From: Halomicronema hongdechloris C2206
GTDB taxonomy: Bacteria > Cyanobacteriota > Cyanobacteriia > Phormidesmidales > Phormidesmidaceae
Direction: 5' to 3'
DNA: 32,000 bases
Assembly: GCF_002075285.3 (NCBI RefSeq)
Contig: NZ_CP021983.2
Coordinates: 4,080,001-4,112,000, forward strand
Shown piece by piece: positions 19,297 through 28,230 of the stretch. The notes under the pieces are model-generated. The model saw only the letters and a program-made list of their open reading frames with translations, searched no databases and was not told where the DNA came from. A program made the position numbers and the translations under genes. Position 1 is the stretch's first letter. Each line of letters starts with the position of its first letter.

Positions 19297-20973
19297 CTAG
19301 GGGTAAGGATAAGCATAGGGCTGCAGCAAGTTATCGGCTGTGTACAGCATGACGTGTTCCACCGGAATCTTGCCTCGCTCTAGGGGAATCGTGGCTAGGG
19401 GGTCCACCCTGGCAAAATAGGGCCGAATTCCCTCAATTCCTGCTGCATTATCGGCCGCCCAGGCAGTGGTCATAAACACCGCATCGGTCCCTAGCCATTG
19501 CCGTTGATCGAACCAAAAGGCAAATCCTCTAGGATCTTGACTGAAACAGGTAACGGGACGACTGAGGAGTGGCTGCAGAGCCATATCCAGGTAACCTGCC
19601 ACGAAGAGATCATTGGTGACGATAAAGTCAGCCGCTGCCAGTGCCTCCATGATCTCAGGTTGCTCAGCCAATCGCTGGCGCAGTTGTAGCACATCAATCA
19701 TTTGGGTGGAAGCGTCCTGCTGGGGCGGAATCATGCCCCCTGCCACGGCAAAGTGCCCAGGTCGCTGTAGGGTACCGAGACTGAGGTGGGACAGGGCCAC
19801 CAGCAGCAGCGTAGCCACCGTGATGCCAGTACCTCCTAGCCAACGGCGCACCCAAGTGGGCGAGTGCGTCTGCCATTGGGCAGCATAGGCCCCCACCAAC
19901 AGGGTTAATGCCCAAAAGCCTGGAGCTGGCCAGGCCGGCAAAATGGCTTGGTTTCCGCCGAGCCAGGTAAACCCTAGGATCAACGGCAGGCTACTCCAGA
20001 GGATAAAGTGCTGTTTGTGACGCAACGGCACTGATAGGGCTGATGGCTTACCCCGCAACCGCTGATACCATGGTCCCAGAAGCGATCGCATCCCCACCCA
20101 CCAGAACACAACCCCCAGGGTGGGAAACAAATAGGCAATGATGGCTAGCCAGTAGCCCAGCATTTGCGACCAGCTGTAGGCAGTAGGCTCCTCGCCGGCC
20201 TCAAACCGCATGGCCAGCTGGAATCGAAAGGAAATCCAGTCATGCTGGCTATTCCAGTACAGCAAAGGGATTAGGACCAGGGCAAATAGACCAAGAGCCA
20301 CTAGCAACCATGGCGACCGCAGGGCTCGCCGGTAGGGCCGCTGGCTCAGACAGAATCCCACCAGGCCTAGGGCCAAGACAAAGCCATGGTATTTACTCAG
20401 GCAAGCCCCCCCCAAGCATAGACCAATGCCCCCGAGCCGAGCCGTAGGACGATAGTCGCGCTCCGGGAATTTAGTGGGAAAGAATTCCTGAGCCGCTAGA
20501 TAAAGGGCCAGACTCCAGAAAAAAATGAGCCCATTATCCGGAGATGTCAGGATGCCAAAGCCCACCAGAAATAGGGGAGTCAGGGTGGCGATGACTAGGG
20601 TCAACCGAGCAGCGCGGCGGTCAAAGAGATGAAAGGCGGTGAGATAGAGCAGCCCTAGGCTAACGGTATAGAGTAGCAGTGCCCCTATCCGCACGGTCAG
20701 CGGCGAGAGCCACCCTGTCAGCCACCAGCCCAGTCCCGTCGTCCAGGCCACCATGGCAGGGTGGTCGAAATAGCCCCAATGTAGGTGGCGACTGTAAAGA
20801 TAGTAATAGGCCTCATCGAATCCTAAGGGGAGTCCGCTAGCCACCCCTAGACGCCACAGCAGCCCCGCCAACAACAGCCCGATGGCCCATCGATCAATGG
20901 GCCGCTGACGACTAGCTCCCTGTGGGACGCCAGATATGTGCATACCGCTCCTCCGCATACTGGGCGCAGCCAT
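19297..20973 (-). CDS. Polytopic glycosyltransferase of the ArnT/PMT (GT39/GT83-like, GT-C fold) type
   Basis: 558 aa. The N-terminal loop LPLGFDEAYYYLYSRHLHWGYFDHPAMVAW is the DE-containing first periplasmic loop typical of ArnT/PMT_2 proteins. More than 10 TM helices are followed by a ~170-aa soluble C-terminal domain. The exact start is uncertain because several Met codons lie near the N-terminus. Confidence 0.7.
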   Translation of the reverse strand: MAAPSMRRSGMHISGVPQGASRQRPIDRWAIGLLLAGLLWRLGVASGLPLGFDEAYYYLYSRHLHWGYFDHPAMVAWTTGLGWWLTGWLSPLTVRIGALLLYTVSLGLLYLTAFHLFDRRAARLTLVIATLTPLFLVGFGILTSPDNGLIFFWSLALYLAAQEFFPTKFPERDYRPTARLGGIGLCLGGACLSKYHGFVLALGLVGFCLSQRPYRRALRSPWLLVALGLFALVLIPLLYWNSQHDWISFRFQLAMRFEAGEEPTAYSWSQMLGYWLAIIAYLFPTLGVVFWWVGMRSLLGPWYQRLRGKPSALSVPLRHKQHFILWSSLPLILGFTWLGGNQAILPAWPAPGFWALTLLVGAYAAQWQTHSPTWVRRWLGGTGITVATLLLVALSHLSLGTLQRPGHFAVAGGMIPPQQDASTQMIDVLQLRQRLAEQPEIMEALAAADFIVTNDLFVAGYLDMALQPLLSRPVTCFSQDPRGFAFWFDQRQWLGTDAVFMTTAWAADNAAGIEGIRPYFARVDPLATIPLERGKIPVEHVMLYTADNLLQPYAYPYP

Positions 20974-21091
20974 GGTATCGCAAGACCCGCTAGGATTCAG
21001 TCATGGCACCAGGTAAACCATTGGGTTTGGCTTGTAACCAGATTAATCCTGACCCCATGAAGAGGCCCGGTTGACCCCGAAACACATTTGA

Positions 21092-22369
21092 ATGGAAGTT
21101 ATGAATGGAAGCGCTGAAATTATTTGTGTGGGCACGGAACTGCTTCTGGGGGATATCTTGAACCGCAATGCCCAGTTTTTAGCTCGTCAGTTAGCGGACC
21201 TAGGCATTCCCCATTACTACCAGACCGTGGTAGGTGATAATCCTGTGCGCATCAAGCGGGCCGTGGCTATTGCCTGCGAACGGGCCCGCTTACTCATCTT
21301 TACCGGTGGCTTAGGCCCCACCCCGGACGATCTGACTCACCCAACCCTGGCAGAGTTTTTCGATGTACCCTTGGTAGAGCATGGGGCGATTTTGCAGGAC
21401 ATTCAGGCCAAGTTTGCCCAACGGGGACGTGCCATGCCCGAGAGCAATCGCAAGCAAGCCTTATTGCCTGAGGGAGCAGAGATCTTACCCAATCCCATCG
21501 GCAGCGCTCCCGGAATGATCTGGCAACCCCGGCCGGGGTTGATTGTCATGACGTTTCCAGGTGTGCCCAGCGAAATGCAGGGGATGTGGCAGGCCACAGC
21601 GGTTCCTTATCTACAGCAACAACAGTGGGTGCAGGGGGTTCTTGTCAGTCGTACCCTGCGTTTCTGGGGGATCAGTGAATCGGCCTTGGCAGAGCGGGTA
21701 GCATCCTGGCTGGGACAAGGGAATCCAACCGTGGCGCCCTACGCTAGCCGGGGGGAGGTGAAGTTGCGAATTACCGCCCGCGGCACTTCCCAGGCCGATG
21801 CGGCTGCTTTGATCGCCCCTGTGGAAACAGAACTCCGTCGTATCAGTGGCCTCGACTGCTACGGCAGCGATGACGATAGCCTCGCCTCGGTGGTGGGAGA
21901 GCAGTTGCGATCGCATCATCAGACCCTAGCCGTAGCTGAATCCTGTACCGGTGGAGGCTTAGGAGAACTGCTAACCACCATTCCCGGCAGCTCAGCCTAT
22001 TTCTGGGGCGGCATTATTGCCTATGACAACAGCATCAAAGTCGCTCTTCTCAAGGTCGACCCCGATCAATTAGCCCAGGCTGGAGCCGTCAGCGCTACAG
22101 TGGCCGAGCAAATGGCCCTAGGTGTTAAGCATCAACTAGGCACCGACTGGGGGCTAAGTATTACTGGCATCGCTGGTCCCCATGGAGGCAGCCCCGGAAA
22201 ACCAGTGGGGTTAGTTTATATTGGCCTAGCCACCTGCGATGGCCAAGTCCATAGTCGTCGATATCAGTTTGGAGATACCCGCGGACGGGACTGGATTCGC
22301 CATGTCAGCCGGTGTTCTGCCCTAGATCAGCTCCGGCGAGCCCTTTTAGCCTCAACCCTGAGTGATTGA
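21092..22369 (+). CDS. cinA: CinA family protein (competence/damage-inducible; NMN amidohydrolase type)
   Basis: 425 aa. The N-terminal MoCF-type domain reads AEIICVGTELLLGDILNRNAQFLARQL...IFTGGLGPTPDD. The C-terminal CinA domain reads LAVAESCTGGGLGELLT...GIAGPHGG. The start is the ATG at 21092 or the in-frame ATG at 21101. Confidence 0.9.
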   Translation: MEVMNGSAEIICVGTELLLGDILNRNAQFLARQLADLGIPHYYQTVVGDNPVRIKRAVAIACERARLLIFTGGLGPTPDDLTHPTLAEFFDVPLVEHGAILQDIQAKFAQRGRAMPESNRKQALLPEGAEILPNPIGSAPGMIWQPRPGLIVMTFPGVPSEMQGMWQATAVPYLQQQQWVQGVLVSRTLRFWGISESALAERVASWLGQGNPTVAPYASRGEVKLRITARGTSQADAAALIAPVETELRRISGLDCYGSDDDSLASVVGEQLRSHHQTLAVAESCTGGGLGELLTTIPGSSAYFWGGIIAYDNSIKVALLKVDPDQLAQAGAVSATVAEQMALGVKHQLGTDWGLSITGIAGPHGGSPGKPVGLVYIGLATCDGQVHSRRYQFGDTRGRDWIRHVSRCSALDQLRRALLASTLSD

Positions 22370-22544
22370 CCTGGCCCTGACTCCCTGAAGCCCATCGCCA
22401 CTGCGGCTTGATCATTTCCGCCGATTCGTTATTATGGATACAAGCAAATTCGGCAATGGATCATCCCTTGTCGAGTTCTTTGTTTTTGATGATCTGGGTA
22501 TCCTTGGATAAGAAGCCGCGAGGCGACAAGGGAGTATTTCGCAG

Positions 22545-22673
22545 ATGGATTATATTGAAAAGGTTCTCGAAAAGCTGGGAGAATGGGTAGACAAGCTCAT
22601 TGATGCTCTGTTTGGTCCCCAAGCTCAACCAGACCACGAGCCCATTCCAGTCCCTGTGGATGATCGCCAATAA
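22545..22673 (+). CDS. Candidate 42-aa small protein MDYIEKVLEKLGEWVDKLIDALFGPQAQPDHEPIPVPVDDRQ, below the ORF-track cutoff
   Basis: A GGAG at 22531-22534 lies 10 nt upstream of the ATG at 22545, and the TAA is at 22671-22673. The product has an amphipathic helical N-half and a Pro-rich acidic tail. It is the only ORF in the 366-bp cinA-aroQ spacer that has both a Shine-Dalgarno and protein-like composition. Two ORFs in the track overlap it in other frames and look like noise. No homology was checked. Confidence 0.35.
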   Translation: MDYIEKVLEKLGEWVDKLIDALFGPQAQPDHEPIPVPVDDRQ

Positions 22674-22681
22674 TATCTACT

Positions 22682-22723
22682 GACTTCGTATCTGGGACTT
22701 CGTATCTGAGACTCTGTATCTGA
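22682..22723. repeat. Tandem direct repeat, 3 x 14 bp (GACTTCGTATCTGG / GACTTCGTATCTGA / GACTCTGTATCTGA)
   Basis: Read directly. It ends 1 nt before the AGGAAG Shine-Dalgarno of aroQ (TTG start at 22736). Confidence 0.95.
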
Positions 22724-22735
22724 TAGGAAGCATCT

Positions 22736-23185
22736 TTGCTAACCATCTTGGTCTTACACGGGCCCAACTTGAATCTGCTGGGTCAGCGAGAGCCAGAAGT
22801 CTATGGTAAGCAAACCCTTGATGATGTCAACCAGCAGCTGCACCGAGAAGCAAAGCAGTTGTTAGTAACGCTCGAAGTCTTGCAATCCAACCACGAAGGC
22901 GACCTGGTAGAGGCAATTCATAGTGCCTGGAATCGTTGCCATGGCTTGCTCATCAATCCAGGCGCCTATACCCATACTAGTGTGGCCATTCGAGATGCCA
23001 TTGCTGGCGTTGGTATACCGACTGTCGAAGTTCACCTGAGTAATCTCTATCGGCGAGAAGCCTTTCGACAGCATTCCTATATCGCTCCCGTTGCTATCGG
23101 CCAAATTAGCGGCTTCGGGGCTGACAGCTATCGGTTAGGGCTACAGGCTCTAGCAGCCCACTTGCGTCACTCAACTCCCTCCTGA
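22736..23185 (+). CDS. aroQ: Type II 3-dehydroquinate dehydratase
   Basis: 149 aa, with a TTG start 5 nt after AGGAAG. Motifs: [27 protein letters not shown] and [12 protein letters not shown]. Confidence 0.92.
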   Translation: MLTILVLHGPNLNLLGQREPEVYGKQTLDDVNQQLHREAKQLLVTLEVLQSNHEGDLVEAIHSAWNRCHGLLINPGAYTHTSVAIRDAIAGVGIPTVEVHLSNLYRREAFRQHSYIAPVAIGQISGFGADSYRLGLQALAAHLRHSTPS

Positions 23186-23242
23186 TGAGGAGTTATCCCC
23201 TTTTGTAGCCGCACGTGCTGCAGCGCAAGCAATATTGCCGCC

Positions 23243-23761
23243 CTAGAGCTTACTCTCTAGGGATTTTAAGTACTCAGTGTTGACACCAGATTCTCGGGTG
23301 AGGGCAATTTTACCGGTGCGGGCAATTTCACGGATGCCGAAGCGATTCAGTACCTGCACGATAGCTACCATTTTCCCCGGATCCCCGACTACCTCTAAGG
23401 TCAGCGAATCTTCAGCCACATCCACAACCCGGGCTCGGAAAATTTGGGCAAACTCAATAATTTCAGACCGAGTGGCACTGGTGGCATTCACCTTGAGCAA
23501 CATTAACTCCCGCTCAACGCAAGGCACCTCTGTCACATCCTGAACCTTCAGGACATTGATCAACTTGTAAAGCTGCTTAGTCAGTTGCTCAATGGAATTG
23601 TCATCCCCCAGCACCACCATAGTGATGCGGGAAATCCCCACCTGTTCAGCGGGACCCACCGCTAGGCTCTCAATATTAAATCCCCGCCGCGCGAACAGCC
23701 CCGCGATCCGAGTCAGCACCCCTGCTTCATCCTCTACCAGCACAGAGAGGGTGTGCTTCAT
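23243..23761 (-). CDS. ilvH: Acetolactate synthase small (regulatory) subunit
   Basis: The ORF is open from 23854. The ATG at 23761 gives a 172-aa protein starting [37 protein letters not shown]. That is an ACT domain with the canonical N-terminus and length, followed by the ALS_ss_C region. Confidence 0.9.
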   Translation of the reverse strand: MKHTLSVLVEDEAGVLTRIAGLFARRGFNIESLAVGPAEQVGISRITMVVLGDDNSIEQLTKQLYKLINVLKVQDVTEVPCVERELMLLKVNATSATRSEIIEFAQIFRARVVDVAEDSLTLEVVGDPGKMVAIVQVLNRFGIREIARTGKIALTRESGVNTEYLKSLESKL

Positions 23762-24244
23762 GACAGCAGGTGTCATAACGGCAAGACTTTCAGACATGGG
23801 CATAGACACGAATTCAGAATCAGAAGGGACCAGCGTTAGCCGCAGAGAGCACAAAACACTCTCAGTCTCTAATCATATAGTGTTAGCCAGATGACTGAGA
23901 ATACGTCGGCCTCAATTCGTACTCTAGACTCAGGCATTTTCTAGCACGCCCCCTCCCCAGGAGATGACCGTTGACCATGCTAAAGCAGGGTTAGGGAACC
24001 TCCCGTACACATATTGCCCAACCTACCTGATTGTAGGTCCACCGTCCCAACGTCTTGATAGCGTTGTCCAGAAAAGGCACCCTACTCAGGGCAGCTTCAG
24101 CCAGACGACCCAGGCAATCAGTTTATTTTTTGACAGTTTCCTTTTCAATTCGCAACAAAGACTCACACTGTTTTGAGGTATCCCATCTAATATCGAGATG
24201 GATTTGGACTAGGTAGGCCACCAGCACAGCCATAGCATGACGCC

Positions 24245-24294
24245 ATAGAATGCGTTAAAACGGTGTACATTCTATACCTAGTTCAGGTTTTTTT
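24245..24294 (+). terminator. Possible terminator or attenuator-like structure in the ilvH-infC spacer
   Basis: An 8-bp stem, ATAGAATG (24245-24252) with CATTCTAT (24268-24275) and a 15-nt loop. A 4-bp hairpin ACCT-agttc-AGGT follows. Its final T (24288) begins a seven-T run (24288-24294). It lies 75 nt upstream of the infC ATG. The stems are weak. Confidence 0.3.
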
Positions 24295-24368
24295 CCGTGA
24301 TTCAGCCTATGCAGGTCCGATGCAGCCCCATGAACCGTCGTTAGTCATCACTACTTGTATTCCTGCTA

Positions 24369-24884
24369 ATGCGTAATCGAAATACCCCGCCTATTAACCA
24401 AAACATTCGATTTCCGGAGATCCGCGTCATCAGCACCGATGGGGAACAGCTGGGAATCATGAGCCCTAGCGATGCGATCAGACTAGCTGAGGAACGCCAG
24501 CTTGATCTGGTGTTGGTGAGCGATAAGGCAACGCCCCCCGTATGCCGCATCATGGACTACGGTAAGTATAAGTTTGAGCAAGAAAAGCGAGCCCGGGAAG
24601 CGAAAAAGCGTCAACACAACGCAGACGTCAAAGAAGTCAAGATGCGCTATAAGATCGACGAGCATGACTATAAAGTCCGCGTTAAGCATGCTCAACGCTT
24701 TCTCAAGTCAGGGGATAAGGTAAAGGCAACGGTCATGTTTCGGGGGCGAGAAATTCAGCACACGGACTTGGCTGAGGAGTTACTGCGTCAGATGGCTAAC
24801 GATCTAGCCGATGTGGCTGAGGTGCAGCAAGCTCCTAAGCGCGAGGGACGTAACATGATGATGATGCTCTCTCCCAAGAAATGA
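24369..24884 (+). CDS. infC: Translation initiation factor IF-3
   Basis: 171 aa. Motifs: [67 protein letters not shown] and [10 protein letters not shown]. The frame is open from 24345, so a non-ATG start slightly upstream cannot be excluded. Confidence 0.93.
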   Translation: MRNRNTPPINQNIRFPEIRVISTDGEQLGIMSPSDAIRLAEERQLDLVLVSDKATPPVCRIMDYGKYKFEQEKRAREAKKRQHNADVKEVKMRYKIDEHDYKVRVKHAQRFLKSGDKVKATVMFRGREIQHTDLAEELLRQMANDLADVAEVQQAPKREGRNMMMMLSPKK

Positions 24885-25085
24885 GCCTTGTCTAAGTCCA
24901 GCCTTCGCGGGTAACGTCAAGAAAGACGACCGACCACGACCCGGACGGGGGCAGTCGTGGGTGGGCCGCTAGCACTGGGCAACTGGCGCTACTGTCTCAT
25001 CTTGCTGTGCCGTCAAGCAGGCATGGGTTGCGGCGTAGGGCTTGACTGTCCCCATAACCATTGCCAATGCTCAGGTTGCTACGAT

Positions 25086-28070
25086 ATGAAGGCACTCAGG
25101 GTTGCTCGCTATCCGTCTCTAAAGCGGGGCTTACGTCAGGCGGTTAATCTGCGTCCTGGTGAGGGCCGCCGCACCCTGTGGGTATTTGCCTCCTATACGG
25201 CCACCTCCATGGGCATTTTGTGGTTGGAGGTGTGCTCAGCTGCCCTATTTTTAGGGGAATATGGAGCCGAGTCGCTGCCCTGGATCTATCTTTTCAGTGC
25301 GGCAGTGGGCCTGGGGTTGAGTGTGATCTACTCATGGTTGCAGCGGCTCTTGCCGCTGCGCCGGGTCATCGTGTTGATGGCGCTGTTGATGGCACTACCA
25401 ATTCTGCTGTTTTGGTGGGGGCTCAACAATGGCTTCTTGGTCGCGGGGATCGTCTTTGCCATGCGGTTGTGGATGGAAGCCATCTACAGCCTCAATGATC
25501 TGAATGTGTCGGTTACGGCTAATCAGCTTTTCAACATTCGGGAGATTAAGCGGGCTTATCCCTTAATTAGCAGCGGCAACTTGGTCGCCGATGTGTTGAG
25601 TGGCTTCTCTGTGTATCTGCTATTGACTTGGGTGGGTCTGGAGAACGTCCTGCTGTTGGCGTTTCTGGTCATGATGGTGGGGGCGGTGATTCTGGTTCAC
25701 CTGAGCCAAACCTACGAGCATGCCTTCCCCGATGCCCCCCGGCGGCCATTAGAAGAGGTGAGCGTACATCCATCGAGTCAACGGTTGCAGGGGCCGGTAC
25801 AGCAGTATGTGGTGCTGCTGTTTAGCTTTTTTGTCTTGGCGCAGGTCTTGCTCTACTCCATTGAGTTTCAGTTCCTGAATCAGGTTGAGCTCAATTTACC
25901 GGAGAATGCGATCGCACAGTTTCTGGGGCTGTTTAGTGGCCTACTGGGGTTAATTGAACTGCTAACCCAGTGGTTTACCTCTAGTCGTCTGATCGAACGC
26001 CAGGGCGTGTTCTCGGTCACCCTAATCTTGCCGAGCGCCATTGTCCTGGTTGGTAGCCTCACCCTGGTATTTAGCCACGGCGTCCTATGGGGAACAACGA
26101 GTCTGTTCGTGGGCTTGGTTGTGCTCAAGTTCTGCGATGAGTGGTTGCGCTATACCCTGGTGGCCAGTACCCGTCCCGTGCTGTTTCAACCGATTCCAGA
26201 GCGGAGTCGGGTGTCTTTGCAGTCTTTGGTAGGGGGGTTAGCCGAGCCCCTATCTATGGGGATGACCGGGGTCATCATCTTAGTCACTCTGGCCATTAAT
26301 AGGCAGGTATGGCCGCAGCAAGTGGTGATCCAGAGTCAGTTCTTTTTGGTGGGCATTATTCTGGCGGCCTTGGTGTGGTTGGGGGCTATCCTGCTGTTGC
26401 GATCGCGCTATTTAAACTTGCTAGTGCTGGGCGCTGAGCAGGGATTGCTCACCTTCTCTGATGCTAACTTGCGGGTTCTAAAGCGCGCGTTCATCGAACA
26501 GTTAGAGCAACCCGGTTCTGAGGCCGATAAACGCTCCTGCATTGAGTTACTGGCCCATCTCGATCCGCGCGGAGTGGGGGAGGTGTTGGCACCTCGCCTC
26601 AGGCAATTAAGTCCCAATTTGCAGCGGCAGAGTCTGGAGGCCATGTTGGCCTATCCCAATGAAGTCTTTCTAGACTCGGTAGGCGGCCTGATTCAATCCT
26701 CGCGGCAGCCGGAGGTGTTGGCCCTGGCCCTACGCTATGTCTGGATTACGGAGCCATCGCCTGATATCAATGCCTTGCGTCCCTATCTAGATGCCGACAT
26801 CGACCCGGTGGTGCGGGGCACGGCGGCGTCCTTGATGCTGCGACGGGGCAATCCTCAACAACGGGCGGAGGCTACCAATACCCTGCGCCAGATGCTCACC
26901 CATCAGCAAGAACGAGAGCGGGTCATGGGCTGTCGTGCCCTGGGGGAGGCCGATTATCTGCAGGCCCTACGACTCTATATTCCCACCCTACTCCAGGATC
27001 CGTCCCTGCGGGTGCGGCGAGCCTTGCTAGATGCGATCGCAGCTACCCACTTAGAAGAATACTATCCCTCCCTGCTAAAAGCCCTGCAATACAAATCCAC
27101 TCGGGAAGCAGCCCAGCAAGCCTTAACTCGCCTAGGGGATGATGCCCTACCCATATTAGAGCGAGTAGCCATCGATGCCTATCAGCCGGATACGCTGAGG
27201 GTTCAGGCCTGGCATGTGATCGGCAACATCGGCACCTATCAGGCGCTAATGGTCCTAACCAACAATCTAGCGAACTCCTGGGGGAATCCTCGCCGGTGGA
27301 TCCTGCGCATTTTGCTAAGCCTCTTTCAGGAAAAGGGAGTGAAGCGTTCTTTCACCATTGACAGTGCTCTAGACCGATTGGGGCGGTCCGGCCTAGAGGA
27401 ACTGCTGCGTCAGGAACTCTCCCTAATTGGGCACACCCTTGCTGCCCTGCTGGATCTATCGCCAGCCCATGTCACTGGCGAGGCAGCCGATTTACTACGC
27501 CAGGCCCTTGGCAACATGGAAGCAGATGCTCTGGAGCGCTGTTTCATGTTGCTGCGCTTCATGGCTCCCCCGGGTACCATTCAAGCCGCCCAAGCCAGTC
27601 TGCAAGGATCCCCCACTAGTCGAGCCCGGGGCCTAGAGATCCTCGACAATGCCCTTGATATCACCCATAAACGCACCTTCTTGGCACTTTTAGATCAGCG
27701 GTCCGATCGCGATCGCCTAAATGCGTTGACCGCCATTGTGTCCTACACCCCCATGGTCCCCAGTCAACGGCTGCGGTTTTTGTTAGAGCTGCGTCATTTT
27801 CTCTCTGATTGGGCCCTGGCCTGCTGCTTTCATCTGGCTCGCCAGCAGCACTGGAGTTTGACCGCCGAGCAAACCCTAGCCTCCCTGCGTCATCCCACCA
27901 GCTTTGTGCGAGAAGCTGTTCTCACCTACTTGCGGTTAGCCTCGCCCCGCACCCTGAGGAGGTTAATTCCCCTGTTGCAGCAGGATCCTAACCCTGTCGT
28001 TAGTGCCCAAGTGCAGGCAATTATGACCGAATGGAACTATAGTTCATCAACCTCACCTCAGTCATCATGA
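25086..28070 (+). CDS. 12-TM transporter (ATP:ADP-antiporter/TLC-like, MFS-type) fused to a ~500-aa C-terminal HEAT-repeat domain
   Basis: The ORF is open from 24957. The ATG at 25086 gives MKALRVARYPSLKRGLRQAVNLRPGEGRRTLWVFASYT..., the N-terminal pattern I associate with Npt/TLC-type carriers. I count 12 hydrophobic helices up to about residue 480. After that come repeated HEAT/PBS-lyase-like units: DPVVRGTAASLMLRRG, ERERVMGCRALGEADY, DPSLRVRRALLDAIAAT, REAAQQALTRLGDDALPIL, DTLRVQAWHVIGNIGT, TSFVREAVLTYLRLASP, DPNPVVSAQVQAIM. The subfamily was not verified by any search. Confidence 0.7.
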   Translation: MKALRVARYPSLKRGLRQAVNLRPGEGRRTLWVFASYTATSMGILWLEVCSAALFLGEYGAESLPWIYLFSAAVGLGLSVIYSWLQRLLPLRRVIVLMALLMALPILLFWWGLNNGFLVAGIVFAMRLWMEAIYSLNDLNVSVTANQLFNIREIKRAYPLISSGNLVADVLSGFSVYLLLTWVGLENVLLLAFLVMMVGAVILVHLSQTYEHAFPDAPRRPLEEVSVHPSSQRLQGPVQQYVVLLFSFFVLAQVLLYSIEFQFLNQVELNLPENAIAQFLGLFSGLLGLIELLTQWFTSSRLIERQGVFSVTLILPSAIVLVGSLTLVFSHGVLWGTTSLFVGLVVLKFCDEWLRYTLVASTRPVLFQPIPERSRVSLQSLVGGLAEPLSMGMTGVIILVTLAINRQVWPQQVVIQSQFFLVGIILAALVWLGAILLLRSRYLNLLVLGAEQGLLTFSDANLRVLKRAFIEQLEQPGSEADKRSCIELLAHLDPRGVGEVLAPRLRQLSPNLQRQSLEAMLAYPNEVFLDSVGGLIQSSRQPEVLALALRYVWITEPSPDINALRPYLDADIDPVVRGTAASLMLRRGNPQQRAEATNTLRQMLTHQQERERVMGCRALGEADYLQALRLYIPTLLQDPSLRVRRALLDAIAATHLEEYYPSLLKALQYKSTREAAQQALTRLGDDALPILERVAIDAYQPDTLRVQAWHVIGNIGTYQALMVLTNNLANSWGNPRRWILRILLSLFQEKGVKRSFTIDSALDRLGRSGLEELLRQELSLIGHTLAALLDLSPAHVTGEAADLLRQALGNMEADALERCFMLLRFMAPPGTIQAAQASLQGSPTSRARGLEILDNALDITHKRTFLALLDQRSDRDRLNALTAIVSYTPMVPSQRLRFLLELRHFLSDWALACCFHLARQQHWSLTAEQTLASLRHPTSFVREAVLTYLRLASPRTLRRLIPLLQQDPNPVVSAQVQAIMTEWNYSSSTSPQSS

Positions 28071-28230
28071 CCGGCACTGACAGTGATGTTACTCATATGT
28101 GACTCAGGCATGTTGCCGTTACGGTGATTGACACCAGGGGCATACTAACGGTAAGTCCTACGATTAGCCTAGCTAACCAGCTGCTATTTAGATCAGGGAT
28201 TCCCTCTACCAACTTACTGCGACGGTCTCA

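Noticed and set aside
23964-24176. A 70-aa ORF in the ilvH-infC spacer.
   Set aside because: Its AGGAG abuts the ATG with no spacer. It has no recognisable motifs and its composition resembles non-coding sequence. The region is kept as a possible ncRNA or leader instead.
24265-24277. An NtcA-like GTA...TAC box (GTACATTCTATAC).
   Set aside because: The spacing is N7, not the required N8, and no suitably placed -10 element follows.
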